A stretch of 64,000 nucleotides of DNA, from assembly GCA_964355135.1 (NCBI GenBank), contig CAYHCG010000006.1:9453-73452 (forward strand), given 5' to 3'. Below, piece by piece: positions 26,401 to 34,132 of this stretch (position 1 is its first letter; the number at the start of each line of letters is the position of its first letter). The DNA is from Candidatus Woesearchaeota archaeon. GTDB taxonomy: Archaea; Nanobdellota; Nanobdellia; Pacearchaeales; GW2011-AR1. The notes under the pieces are model-generated. The model was not told the origin of the DNA and did not search any database. It saw only the letters and a list, made by a program, of their open reading frames with translations. A program made the position numbers and the translations under genes.

Positions 26401-29299
26401 ATTTAATCAAAGCAGTAATGGGCAGTATAGTTTTATTATTGAAGGAACTGGGAAATTGAATTTGAGCGGGGGGAATATTACCTCATCTTCTTCAACAAGT
26501 AGATTCAATTTAACTTCTTCAGTTGGAGTTATCAATTATCCTGGAAGTTATGGGAACTTTAGTTCTGCGAATGTTGTGGGGAGCGCTAATTTCTCTGATT
26601 CAAGAATTAATTTTTACAATTTTAATATAACTGGGCGGATGATAATTCTGAATTCGACGGATATCGCAACTACAGGGTATTCTATTGGTAGCGGGGGTAG
26701 ACTTGATAGGCAGTGGAGGTTGAATGTTACTGTTTTGGCCTCTGGCGCAGTAGTTTCAGGAGCAAATGTAACTGCAAGGAATGTTTCATTAAATATATTT
26801 GATTCTAAATCCACAGGTTCTGATGGCGCAGCCTGGCTTAATCTTTCAGAGTATGTAGATACTGGTTCGGGTAAAATGCATCAAAATAATTATACGATTA
26901 ATGTTACGAAGAATGGATATTTTGCAAACAGTACCACTATTAATTTGACTAGTGATAGTAGCAAATTGATAACCCTTGGAACGTATGATACCATTGAAGT
27001 TTCAAGTACTGAAACTTTACATGACGTATTTGCAAGAATTAACGATGTAACAATTTTTAATAATCTGAGTTCTGCATCTAGACCTTGCAGATATGTTGCT
27101 AGTGCATCGATAAATATCACTAGCGGGCATTTGGTTATGGAAGGATGTACCTTGGAGATGAATAGTAGCTTAGATAGTACTTATAAATTAATAGTTGGAG
27201 GTGGTCGATTGACTGCTAATTACTCAAATATAACTAGATTCGGATCTAATAATTACGACTTTTACACTGCGTCATCTGCGGCGACGCAGGTTGTTTTGAA
27301 GAATAGTTTTGTTTCAAGAGCGGGACACTTAAATTCTCCAAATTTGAGAGGTTTGACTTTGAATACAAATAATGTGACTTTTATTAATAATACTTTAGTT
27401 GATGCAGATGTTGCAAATTTAGAATTAGGAGCAAATGGAATAGTTGTTGAAAAATCTTTATTTTTGGGTCCTTCTGGAGTTACTAATTATCCTATTTTTG
27501 TGAGTGCTAATGATTCTATCATTTTAGATTCAAATTTGTCTGGTTCAACTGAAGAAGATGTGAGATTATCTTCTAGAACAAACATTACTTTTTTAAATAC
27601 AAATTATACGGATGAGGGTTTGGAAGCTGGAGCAGTTAATGTTTCCTTATTCAAAAAATGGTATGCGGGTGTTAGGGTTATAAATTCCAGCGGTGGCGGG
27701 GTTGAGAATGTAAACGTTACATTCTATAACAATAGCGGGAGTTTAACTCAAAGTGCATTGACAAATTCTTCTGGAGATATAGATACGCAGAATGTGACTC
27801 AATATGTTTCTAATGGGACAAACAGATTTTATCACACAAATTACAATATTACTGCAACAAAAGTAGATGGCATAAATGGTACAATAAATGTTAACATAAC
27901 CCAGAGTACCAATTATACAATTAGTCTTTCAACTTCTACACCAACAGTAACTTTTGTTTCTAGTATAGGAAGTGTAAATCCTTTGGGCGCAAGCGTCAGG
28001 AATATTACTTTTAACTTTACTGTCCAGCACGGAGACGGAGGGGAATATATCAACATTACAAGTTCTAAGGCTAATTTTACTTACGGAACGGAACCAATTA
28101 GATTAAACGACACTTGTAACTTACTGACAGATCAAAATACATCCACTACTCGAAACTTTACTTGTACTATTGGAATGTGGTATTTTGACGTTGCTGGAGA
28201 TTGGAATGTAAGCATTTATGTTGCAGATACGAGAGGTAATTCTACAACAAATATAACTACATTTACTTATGCAACATTACAGGATTTTGTTGTTTCCCCG
28301 ACATTGGTCACATTTGGAACTATAAGTCCTATTGATGTCAATAAGACTCCCTCAAATGATCCTTGGATATTGAATAATACCGGAAATTATGATCCGGTAA
28401 ATATTTCTATAGTCGCATTAAACTTACATGGGGAGACGACACAGTCGGAGTTTGTAGGGGCAGGTAACTTTAGCGCGTCTAATAATACGAGCTCCCCACC
28501 TTCTCCTTTGGAATGTAGCGGAAATTCTTTAATTAACGGTACAAATGTGAACATAACTAATGCTATTTTACCTAGGGGAAATAATTCTCTGAATTATGTT
28601 AATTCGACAAGTGGGCAAGAACAGTTATATCTCTGCCTTAAACAAATTCCTTCTGCGCTTTCGCAGCAGACTTATTCCACAAGTGGAGCGGGGGCTTGGT
28701 CAATCAGGATTTTAGTTGGCGTCTTTGCAGTTGGAGGAGGAATAAACAGAAAGAGAAAAAAGAAGTCGAACAAGCATAATAATTTGCTGGAGCTTGATGC
28801 TGAAAACATACTCGAGGTGCTGGATAAAAGATTAAGAGAGACTTACGAATTAGGATTAAATGAGATATTAGATATTGCAAGGAAGAGAAATGCAAAGAAG
28901 GAAACCAATAGGGAAGTAAAGAAAGAAATAAAGATACCAATTGAGGTGTTCAGTCAGAAAATTGGAATTTCAGAATCAATCTGCAAGTATCTTAGGGATA
29001 ATCTCCATTTAAGATATAACGAAATCTCCAGAGTGGTAGGCAGAGATCAAAGAACTGTTTGGAATAATTATAGAAATGCAAATAAGAAGATGAATGAAGA
29101 AATTAAAGTCAATGAGAAAACCATGTATATTCCAATGAAGGCATTTTTGAATAATAAATTAAGTATGCTTGAAAGTGCAATCTTTTACCTTAGAGAAGAG
29201 AGATATAGAAATATAGAAATTGCTTCTATGCTTGGAAAGGATCCAAGAAACATTTGGACCATATATAATAGGGCGAAGAGAAAAACTAATGGTAATTAA
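20411..29299 (+). CDS. giant surface protein A (2962 aa)
   Basis: N-terminal ~95-aa cytoplasmic domain, then a TM (aa ~96-116, nt 20696-20758) and a Ser/Thr/Glu-rich linker. LamG/ConA-like motifs follow (WTHIAATYNGTTSVLYINGV; SFNGSIDEVGIWNRSLSATEI; GSIDEVAVWNS). After a beta-helix-like region (~26230-27900) and a terminal Ig-like module containing MWYFD come the hydrophobic segment AWSIRILVGVFAVGGGI (about 28694-28744), RKRKKK and the HTH tail. GGAGG RBS. Confidence 0.9.
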   Translation: MSEKLKRFKERNNSLAERIFLAQRYKKEVIEKVQKLVAKLNSGEITRKDYDESLQKIFGVRTPKEWLTYYDNYIETYERQLSESNRQLNKEKLKKAAFVFVPIFLVLFSVIFFVYFSDRAITGLAVQNSKEVFTQNINSEFSSSGSYTFEVKQSGKLNWAKVSGNIEGEGNVKIYLLANGGEILVLDSTDLEVEEVALTGGVITGFNVEGAEDSGGESSDSSSGGSSGSQASTGDVSSTSGGSSEAPSPTSESTSETTSSSDSSESASSPPSENTVETPATTESETPVESNEVSSGTTSEEVIAGNESQNNEETNATGGEPTQENTTVSGQTTTKEKKKKFSDYCKESCDLSNLELDRDSYELRVEINGAVKLNLDKIRYEIEFEKTGEIITEENETVQNETKEITPEIELNETLPELNLTNVSSAPLILKQIPNLEIEVNSSFNLTLSDYFLNAEDYDINKVENITFDLAGDNLEILPDKGFLGNRTAEIIAENSFGKNESNEFTINVVENMPKIGNATSNITTLQYKAVINRPTKWIKILNATGGDLTIELPKEAENITVKTGSDVGLALQEYEDYEGLVDGADKEDLISGGITGNVALDLKEGKGLIPRFIDWLKNLFSKGITGRAITEQTLEAQITETSENTIVDVTDIVNQTQTGEVAIEYYTQGPAAREENLTNGKRVVVSGKDELNFTDILAFAEIEEKVEVADSSTIKIYWRENASFINFSVGDLDGNGKIDYIEWIVPHLSNQTYDIILITHAEHLDSNRTFISDIYESVRELDGNWSESIVDGEYVRVTFEKNLTNVNDITVYAKGINGTGQIEVYEFNDTRLLATFTDILNETYYKIYLTNLSNSSNYSQGVFDLRILNASVEFDLIIDPTLTLNATGGTGTNTTVEAGNFTHLSIGSSTIGFVNNTNVVAYYPFDTNTSSNTAFDYSANNLDAGFINTGPRYDAGLLGNSYYFNNSVCLNTTNSAAWNVTNQVTLSAWVYRNNSDTGSDSIFMRGGSVVANTEIGLGVFQSGLLRLLIKNTTQTNAGTCNSGSALPTFNWTHIAATYNGTTSVLYINGVAETPCTVTTGNIIFAGNSPSIGCLKTTAQAFNNNWQGWIDDLMFLNTTLNATQISQIYNNQSLRLFSRGEQIFSNLNGSGSGAEEEINIRINASMNFGSSINVSLGNSSGGTYVYGNEYAFSNNVANNIPLGTPNNYSLKFIFYAGNSSANSFISPTLENYILAESILVVPSLTLNAPANASTFKEGIFNITLNATILDNAATSAYIYGVNSSNTANFYKHGLLYQAFGLVNGTQITYNWTSPVTVPDASTVVLYHLDNNSVYGENQTRAWDYVSGNVNLTAVGNAFPNVSGGKFAGGWTFDGSGDYLNDASNIGALNGYYQSGTFSAWVKRAGASSNGYETIIQEGDNTNGFVITNNCGWDNMTQVGTVYIPEFDPVVVIAETPNSIISDGNWHLITGVFDNIIAFKQYIYVDGVLRSSASVGAPSDSVKGVKVGGVLSSVGQSCDGSANAGSFNGSIDEVGIWNRSLSATEIMSMYRLNAPKYFWKVNVTDSVGNSNESETREFYVNPQTVPYTALNGPANRSIFWKDIFNITLNATGYDNDDSFTIEIYGANSTNATLFYNYGLLYRQQGVSNNTAVSYNWTNSLVDPDIYLYADALYHLDNNSRLGENDTRVIDSYTGDGDAFNLTPVGNAYPNMTGGKFAGAWEFDGNGDFLNGSNSLRPAGDPSFSAWVRRAGNSSTGYETIVQDNAGSGGYSLTASCNNSLLAFSAYDGTLFAKASTSNSILSDGQWHHVLGIHSSSYSKILLYVDGVLKANATSSVAVPINDPHKLVIGGHGAGDYGSGPGGTSCVFGGSSSAGSFNGSIDEVAVWNSDVFQIDTGSGLHLNTSNLYKLIKGKYYWKANITDSLGNNNESETREFVVRDTPYVLVNSNMNCTDLKTEAVNYYYGYSCTASGYSTCVGLNADLNITNGTLSVPSNCNIQFNQSSNGQYSFIIEGTGKLNLSGGNITSSSSTSRFNLTSSVGVINYPGSYGNFSSANVVGSANFSDSRINFYNFNITGRMIILNSTDIATTGYSIGSGGRLDRQWRLNVTVLASGAVVSGANVTARNVSLNIFDSKSTGSDGAAWLNLSEYVDTGSGKMHQNNYTINVTKNGYFANSTTINLTSDSSKLITLGTYDTIEVSSTETLHDVFARINDVTIFNNLSSASRPCRYVASASINITSGHLVMEGCTLEMNSSLDSTYKLIVGGGRLTANYSNITRFGSNNYDFYTASSAATQVVLKNSFVSRAGHLNSPNLRGLTLNTNNVTFINNTLVDADVANLELGANGIVVEKSLFLGPSGVTNYPIFVSANDSIILDSNLSGSTEEDVRLSSRTNITFLNTNYTDEGLEAGAVNVSLFKKWYAGVRVINSSGGGVENVNVTFYNNSGSLTQSALTNSSGDIDTQNVTQYVSNGTNRFYHTNYNITATKVDGINGTINVNITQSTNYTISLSTSTPTVTFVSSIGSVNPLGASVRNITFNFTVQHGDGGEYINITSSKANFTYGTEPIRLNDTCNLLTDQNTSTTRNFTCTIGMWYFDVAGDWNVSIYVADTRGNSTTNITTFTYATLQDFVVSPTLVTFGTISPIDVNKTPSNDPWILNNTGNYDPVNISIVALNLHGETTQSEFVGAGNFSASNNTSSPPSPLECSGNSLINGTNVNITNAILPRGNNSLNYVNSTSGQEQLYLCLKQIPSALSQQTYSTSGAGAWSIRILVGVFAVGGGINRKRKKKSNKHNNLLELDAENILEVLDKRLRETYELGLNEILDIARKRNAKKETNREVKKEIKIPIEVFSQKIGISESICKYLRDNLHLRYNEISRVVGRDQRTVWNNYRNANKKMNEEIKVNEKTMYIPMKAFLNNKLSMLESAIFYLREERYRNIEIASMLGKDPRNIWTIYNRAKRKTNGN
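28745..29296 (+). other. C-terminal tail of giant A with two sigma70-region-4/LuxR-like HTH units
   Basis: Unit 1 is about 28928-29092 (ISESICKYLRDNLHLRYNEISRVVGRDQRTVWNNYRNANKK). Unit 2 is about 29124-29290 (LSMLESAIFYLREERYRNIEIASMLGKDPRNIWTIYNRAKRK). Compare the sigma r4 pattern LS..E..V..L....G.S..EIA..LG.S..TV....hRA..KL. Confidence 0.65.
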
Positions 29300-29410
29300 T
29301 TAAGTGTAAATTAATTAAATATGGAAATTTAAAGTAAAAATATTTTCTGATAACCAATTAAACCTTATTAAAAATAATTAAAAGGTAAAACATTAATTAA
29401 CTTAAAGAAT

Positions 29411-30769
29411 TTATGCAAGTCTCTTTCTTTCTCTGCCTTGGTAAACTAAAGTTCCAGCTGTAAGAGTTAATAGTGCTAAGATTCCTGCTCCCCATGTTGA
29501 TACTGTTGGGATTGCTTGGTTATTTCCTTGATAAAGTTTATAAAATTCAGCGACATCAATTGGACCATTTGAATTAACCCAGAATACTTGTTTTTCTATG
29601 TCAGATAATTGCTCTCCATTTCTTTCTTTATCCAATGCTATTAACATAGCATTTTGGTCAACATCGTTAACTGTACCATCATTATTAGAGTCTCCAAATG
29701 GGGCAAATGCACCACAGTAGTGTCTTTCTGAACCATTAACAGTTACACACTTTCCATCTCCTATAAAAGGAGAACCAAAAAGAGGTCTTCTAGACCAGGT
29801 TACTTTTGCATCATTTGAATCTTCGCTTGCGACGTTGTTGCCTGCAGGCCAGACGTCCGATAAATATTGACCGTTCCATAAATATCCCGGAGCAGGATTA
29901 TTTGCAATGTTCATTTCTCCATTTCTGGAAGGAACTCCTGCTGATGCAACTCTCCCTTGGCTTCCAAGAATTGGCCCTGGGGTGCCGGTAAGAACGTTAT
30001 TTGGTACGGTTACTCCATTCATATCTATGTTAATATTTCCACCAAAACTGCCAAGACCCAAAACAATATTTTGACCAGAGGCAACGCTTCCGACAGTATA
30101 AAGTGGAGGTGAATATACAACTCCGGAAATTTGTTCAAAAGTATTGTTGCTGACTTGTGCCCAAGCTTTTTGATCATTGACTGCAGTACCGCTAGATTCA
30201 TCAAAGATTCCTCCTGCAAAAACTGCCCTTATGTAATTACTATCAACGATTACGGATGGAAGGGAGTTGGGACCGAAGACGTCTTTGTTCGTCCACTTAA
30301 TTCCTGTTTCGACATTTTGGATCGTGTTGCCTTGAATAATAATTGGATTAGAAGGATCAAAATTAGCATCAAGTGTTACTCCATGTTGTGCATTTTCCAT
30401 TATAAAACCATAACTTCCACTATTGATTGAATCTATCCTTAATGTTGTACCAGAGGTAACAGTCGCACCTCTCAATATTACGCTACCATCGGCAACTAAG
30501 TCAACTCCTTGATTGTTTAAATAAAATTTTGCACCTTGGACTTGGGGAAGTTGATAGGTTCCTGCGGCGAAATGGACGTCTTCGCCGGAGACGGCAGATG
30601 CGATTGTATTATTGATATCTGTATACGACATAGAATTATCAACGAATTTATCAGCATAAGCTTTTGTGCCTGCGAAATAAGAAGAACCGAGAGCTGCAGT
30701 AACGGCTAGATATTTACCAAGGTTACGACCGGTGCTCTTTACACTTTTTACGATATCGTTTAGTGCCAT
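29411..30769 (-). CDS. secreted parallel beta-helix protein with dockerin/EF-hand-like loop and PEP-CTERM-like C-terminal sorting signal
   Basis: Signal peptide ...AGTKAYA. Repetitive beta-helix-like segments (IQGNTIQNVETGIKW etc.). DSNNDGTVNDVDQNAMLIALD. C-terminus IPTVSTWGAGILALLTLTAGTLVYQGRERKRLA. Confidence 0.7.
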   Translation of the reverse strand: MALNDIVKSVKSTGRNLGKYLAVTAALGSSYFAGTKAYADKFVDNSMSYTDINNTIASAVSGEDVHFAAGTYQLPQVQGAKFYLNNQGVDLVADGSVILRGATVTSGTTLRIDSINSGSYGFIMENAQHGVTLDANFDPSNPIIIQGNTIQNVETGIKWTNKDVFGPNSLPSVIVDSNYIRAVFAGGIFDESSGTAVNDQKAWAQVSNNTFEQISGVVYSPPLYTVGSVASGQNIVLGLGSFGGNINIDMNGVTVPNNVLTGTPGPILGSQGRVASAGVPSRNGEMNIANNPAPGYLWNGQYLSDVWPAGNNVASEDSNDAKVTWSRRPLFGSPFIGDGKCVTVNGSERHYCGAFAPFGDSNNDGTVNDVDQNAMLIALDKERNGEQLSDIEKQVFWVNSNGPIDVAEFYKLYQGNNQAIPTVSTWGAGILALLTLTAGTLVYQGRERKRLA

Positions 30770-30949
30770 TTTAGTATGTGGTTTTTTTAGTATTTATACT
30801 TTGCTTATTTAGTTTATCCCAAACAACGTTTGCTTTGGATAGTTTAACTACTTTTAAGGGGTATATAAATCTTTCGCACCCTTTGAGAGTTATTAATTGT
30901 TTTGTAGGGAAACAGAAAAGCTTAAATACTGTTTTCTATTAAAACAATA

Positions 30950-32209
30950 ATGGAAGCAGTTTTTGAGGAATGGAAGGCATATGCGCAAAAGAAAGGGCTA
31001 AAACTTCGGAACGTAAGTTTAGATAGCATTAAGTCAAATTCTCAATTGAAAATTGTAGCTCTTACTGGATCAAGAAGGGCAGGGAAATCAAGTGTTTTAA
31101 TTTTATTTTACCAGATGCTTTTAAAAAGTGGAAATAAGGCCGCATATATTAATTTAGAAGATAGCCGTATAAAAAACAATAAAGATGTTTTAGATGATAT
31201 TCTTAAATGGTTTGGCGATGAAGGTTATTTGCTCTTAGATGAAATAACAAGCGTTAATGACTGGGAGGGATGGCTTGCAAGAAATCATGAAATGTTAAAA
31301 GGAAAGTTAAATATAATCACTAGCTCCTCAAGAAAAACACTTGCGAAACCTAGTAAACCTTTGCGCGGTAGAATGTTTTATTATGAATTATATCCTTTGT
31401 CATTTAATGAATTTTTACAATTTAAGGAATTAAATATAGAAAAAACTACTTCTGGAATTGGAAGAATAGAAAAAAATCTTGAAGAATATCTTATTTATGG
31501 AGGTTTTCCGGAAGCAGTTTTATTGGAAAATAAAACGGATAAAGTAAACTTATTAAATTCTTATTTTAGAGAAATAATTGGATTAGATGTTGCAGAAATA
31601 GCAAATGAGAAAGTTTCTACTGTTGAATTGTTTGGAAAATATGTTATTAGTTCTCCTTATTTTTCTGCTTCAAAATGTTTGAATTTTTTTAAAAGTTTAG
31701 GATATAAAATAGCAAAACAAACATTGCTTCATTTAGAACAACATTCCCAAGAGGGATATTTATTCTTTTTTGTCCCTATATTCTCTCATACAATGAAAGA
31801 CAGATCTCAGTATCCTAGGAAAGCTTATTCGGGTGATACTGGTTTTTTTTATTCAATAAATGGAAAAGTGGATTGGGGGAGATTATTCGAGAATTGTGTT
31901 TTTTTAACACTAAAGAAAAGGCTGTCTCAAAATCAGGAAATAAATTATTGGAAGAATTCTAAGGGAAATGAAGCAGATTTTATTATTAGGGAAGGTCTAA
32001 CGACAAAGGAAATTATTCAAGTTACTTATGAAATTGAGAATGAAAAGACAAAAGAGAGAGAGATTATAGGGCTTGTAGAATGTGCAAAAGAAGTAGGATT
32101 AAAAAAGGGCCTTATTATAACTAAGGATTACGAAGATAGTGAAGTCTTTAGCGGCATACATATAAAATTTATTCCTTTGTGGAAGTGGCTTCTGGAGGAT
32201 AAGGTCTGA
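30950..32209 (+). CDS. AAA-type ATPase of the COG1373/DUF4143 kind
   Basis: Walker A LTGSRRAGKSS, Walker B YLLLDEIT. The 419-aa length and C-terminal layout are typical of this family. Confidence 0.75.
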   Translation: MEAVFEEWKAYAQKKGLKLRNVSLDSIKSNSQLKIVALTGSRRAGKSSVLILFYQMLLKSGNKAAYINLEDSRIKNNKDVLDDILKWFGDEGYLLLDEITSVNDWEGWLARNHEMLKGKLNIITSSSRKTLAKPSKPLRGRMFYYELYPLSFNEFLQFKELNIEKTTSGIGRIEKNLEEYLIYGGFPEAVLLENKTDKVNLLNSYFREIIGLDVAEIANEKVSTVELFGKYVISSPYFSASKCLNFFKSLGYKIAKQTLLHLEQHSQEGYLFFFVPIFSHTMKDRSQYPRKAYSGDTGFFYSINGKVDWGRLFENCVFLTLKKRLSQNQEINYWKNSKGNEADFIIREGLTTKEIIQVTYEIENEKTKEREIIGLVECAKEVGLKKGLIITKDYEDSEVFSGIHIKFIPLWKWLLEDKV

Positions 32210-32229
32210 AAATAGGAGAAAATATAAAG

Positions 32230-32528
32230 ATGTGTTTATGTTACTATACTTATGAGGAAAAGTCTGCCAAAGATTATATGGAAGGCAAAATGACTATGAC
32301 TGAGGCAGCAAGAAAAGCAAGTTTAACGGTCTGGGAAATGGAAAAATATTTGATATGTCAAGAATTTTCAATTCTTGAGCACAACAAAAATTAAGGATTT
32401 TTGTGCCATCAAAATAAGAATTTTGAGGTGATCAAGATGCGCGCATCTTGACAGAAAAAGGTTACAAATCCGATTATTCTGTTGATGACTTAGAAAAAGA
32501 ATTAAATTTAATGGAAAGAAGGTTATAA
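32230..32528 (+). pseudogene. UPF0175-like small gene split by the four-hairpin element
   Basis: The 5' part (32230-32355) encodes ...MTEAARKASLTVWEMEKYLI. The 3' part (32454-32528) encodes EKGYKSDYSVDDLEKELNLMERRL*. The 98 nt between them (32356-32453) are the element, and removing them joins the two parts in frame. Confidence 0.5.
32356..32453. repeat. four-hairpin palindromic element, copy B
   Basis: Same hairpin order as copy A: TGTCAAGAATT..AATTCTTGA, GCACA(ACA)AAAAT..ATTTTTGTGC, TCAAAAT..ATTTTGA, TCAAGATGC..GCATCTTGA-CA. Substitutions relative to copy A are paired across the stems. Confidence 0.7.
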
Positions 32529-32572
32529 CAATGCGAGATAAACTTTAAATACGGGGTAGCTTTATAAGTGGA

Positions 32573-33553
32573 ATGAAAAAGGGGATAAAATGGAGGCATG
32601 TTGCTTTTCTAGGCGCTGCTTTGACTATGTTGTTTATTGTTGGAATGAGTTTTGCTTCTGCTGGAATTGTGGATTGGTTTGGGAAGGTGACTGGACACGC
32701 TACTTCACAAGATACTAACGTAACGGTTACAGTTTCTGGGACTACTGCTGTCACGATTGAAGTTTTGAACAGCACTCTAACGGGAGTTAATCCAACATCT
32801 GACAGCACGACTGCTGTTACCTTAACAGTTAGAGTTACCGATGCGGACGGGTATTTGGATATTAATACAACAAGCGTTCATGCTAACTTTACAAAGTCCG
32901 GAGAGGCCATAAGATCCAATAGTTCTTGCGTTGATCTTGCGCAGAATACGGCTACAGCTAAGAATTTTTCCTGTATCCTTTCTATGTGGTATTTTGACGG
33001 CAGCGGAATCTGGTCTATAACCGCTGCGGGAAGAGATTTAGGAAACACGACGCTAGTACAAAATACAACTAGTGTTTTTACATATGGCACTTTACAAGAA
33101 ATAAAAATGAGTCCTAATCAGATAACTTTTGCCTCTGTTGCGCAGGGAGCAGTCAATATAACTTCAGATAACGATCCTACTTTGATAAATAACAGCGGAA
33201 ACTATAATTTTGTAGGAGTCAATATCACTGCTGTAAATCTTAGGGGAGAAACTAATACTACTGTTTTCATCAATGTAGGTAATATTACAATAGGAAATAA
33301 TACTCATGCTTCGAATAAATATGAGTGCGATGTTGCTCCAGTTTTAGGTTCAAATGCTACCGCACTAGTGAATGGAACAACAGTTAATGTAAAGCACAGC
33401 GTTATTAGTAAGGGGAATAATTCTGTTAACGATGGGACAACTGGTCAGGAGCAGATTTATTATTGTTTTAGAACTATTCCAACAGGCATACTTTCACAAG
33501 CATATTCGACAGCTTATACAGGAGGAGCGTGGGTTGTTTCCGCGAATGTATAA
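32573..33553 (+). CDS. secreted Ig-like protein, stand-alone paralog of the terminal MWYFD module of the giants
   Basis: Signal peptide ...MSFASAG. NFSCILSMWYFDGSGIWSITAAGRD and GQEQIYYCFRTIP...AYST parallel giant A (NFTCTIGMWYFDVAGDWNVSIY; GQEQLYLCLKQIP...TYST). Confidence 0.8.
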   Translation: MKKGIKWRHVAFLGAALTMLFIVGMSFASAGIVDWFGKVTGHATSQDTNVTVTVSGTTAVTIEVLNSTLTGVNPTSDSTTAVTLTVRVTDADGYLDINTTSVHANFTKSGEAIRSNSSCVDLAQNTATAKNFSCILSMWYFDGSGIWSITAAGRDLGNTTLVQNTTSVFTYGTLQEIKMSPNQITFASVAQGAVNITSDNDPTLINNSGNYNFVGVNITAVNLRGETNTTVFINVGNITIGNNTHASNKYECDVAPVLGSNATALVNGTTVNVKHSVISKGNNSVNDGTTGQEQIYYCFRTIPTGILSQAYSTAYTGGAWVVSANV

Positions 33554-33554
33554 A

Positions 33555-34094
33555 ATGAATAAATATCGATTGCTTATCTTGCTCTGTGTATTGTCTGTAA
33601 TTGGCTTGAGTGTAAATGCTAATGCTGTCGGGATTGCATATAATGACTTTTTATGCCCGGATAGACCCATTATTCTATATGAAGGCGAAGAGAGAACTGT
33701 AAGCTTATGGCTACAGAATTCCAATGTCGAAGATGAAAAAGTCAGAGTAAAGATTCTTAACAATGAAGAAGGAATTATCGACATTAACGAAAAAGATTAT
33801 GTAGTAGAAGCTGGAACATATGATACTGAACTGAAGTTCAAGCTAAGAATTCCAGAAAATGTTTCACTAGGGACTCGCTATGATATGGTTCTTAATTTCT
33901 TAAATGTTCCAATGGAAGAAACTGGCGGAATAGCACTAACTACGGCAATGAATGTAAATGTCTGTGTCCAGGTTGGAGAATACGTCGCCACATCGCCTCC
34001 TCCAGGATTTAGTACAACTACATGGATTATCTTGGCGATAATAGCAGTAGTAATTTTAGCGGCAATTATAATTTTCATAAGAAAAAAGAAATAG
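33555..34094 (+). CDS. small secreted beta-sandwich protein with C-terminal TM and basic tail (family member 1)
   Basis: Start set at MNKYRLL. Signal peptide. CPDRP...NVCVQV Cys pair. C-terminus WIILAIIAVVILAAIIIFIRKKK. Paralogous to 34133.. and 40648... Confidence 0.75.
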   Translation: MNKYRLLILLCVLSVIGLSVNANAVGIAYNDFLCPDRPIILYEGEERTVSLWLQNSNVEDEKVRVKILNNEEGIIDINEKDYVVEAGTYDTELKFKLRIPENVSLGTRYDMVLNFLNVPMEETGGIALTTAMNVNVCVQVGEYVATSPPPGFSTTTWIILAIIAVVILAAIIIFIRKKK

Positions 34095-34132
34095 TTAAAC
34101 AGTTTTAAATATTGAAGAGGATTAGTTAGATT

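Noticed and set aside
32356-32453. The four-hairpin element as an archaeal BHB mRNA intron
   Set aside because: The flanking exon sequences (TTTGATA / GAAAAAG) do not pair. I could not draw two 3-nt bulges separated by a 4-bp helix at the junctions. A second copy lies at a gene end rather than inside a conserved ORF. The idea is kept only as a low-probability alternative.
33432-33554. Long N-terminal extension of the 33432..34094 ORF
   Set aside because: The extension overlaps the end of gene 32573-33553 and lacks a signal peptide. The ATG at 33555 gives a canonical signal peptide like those of its paralogs.
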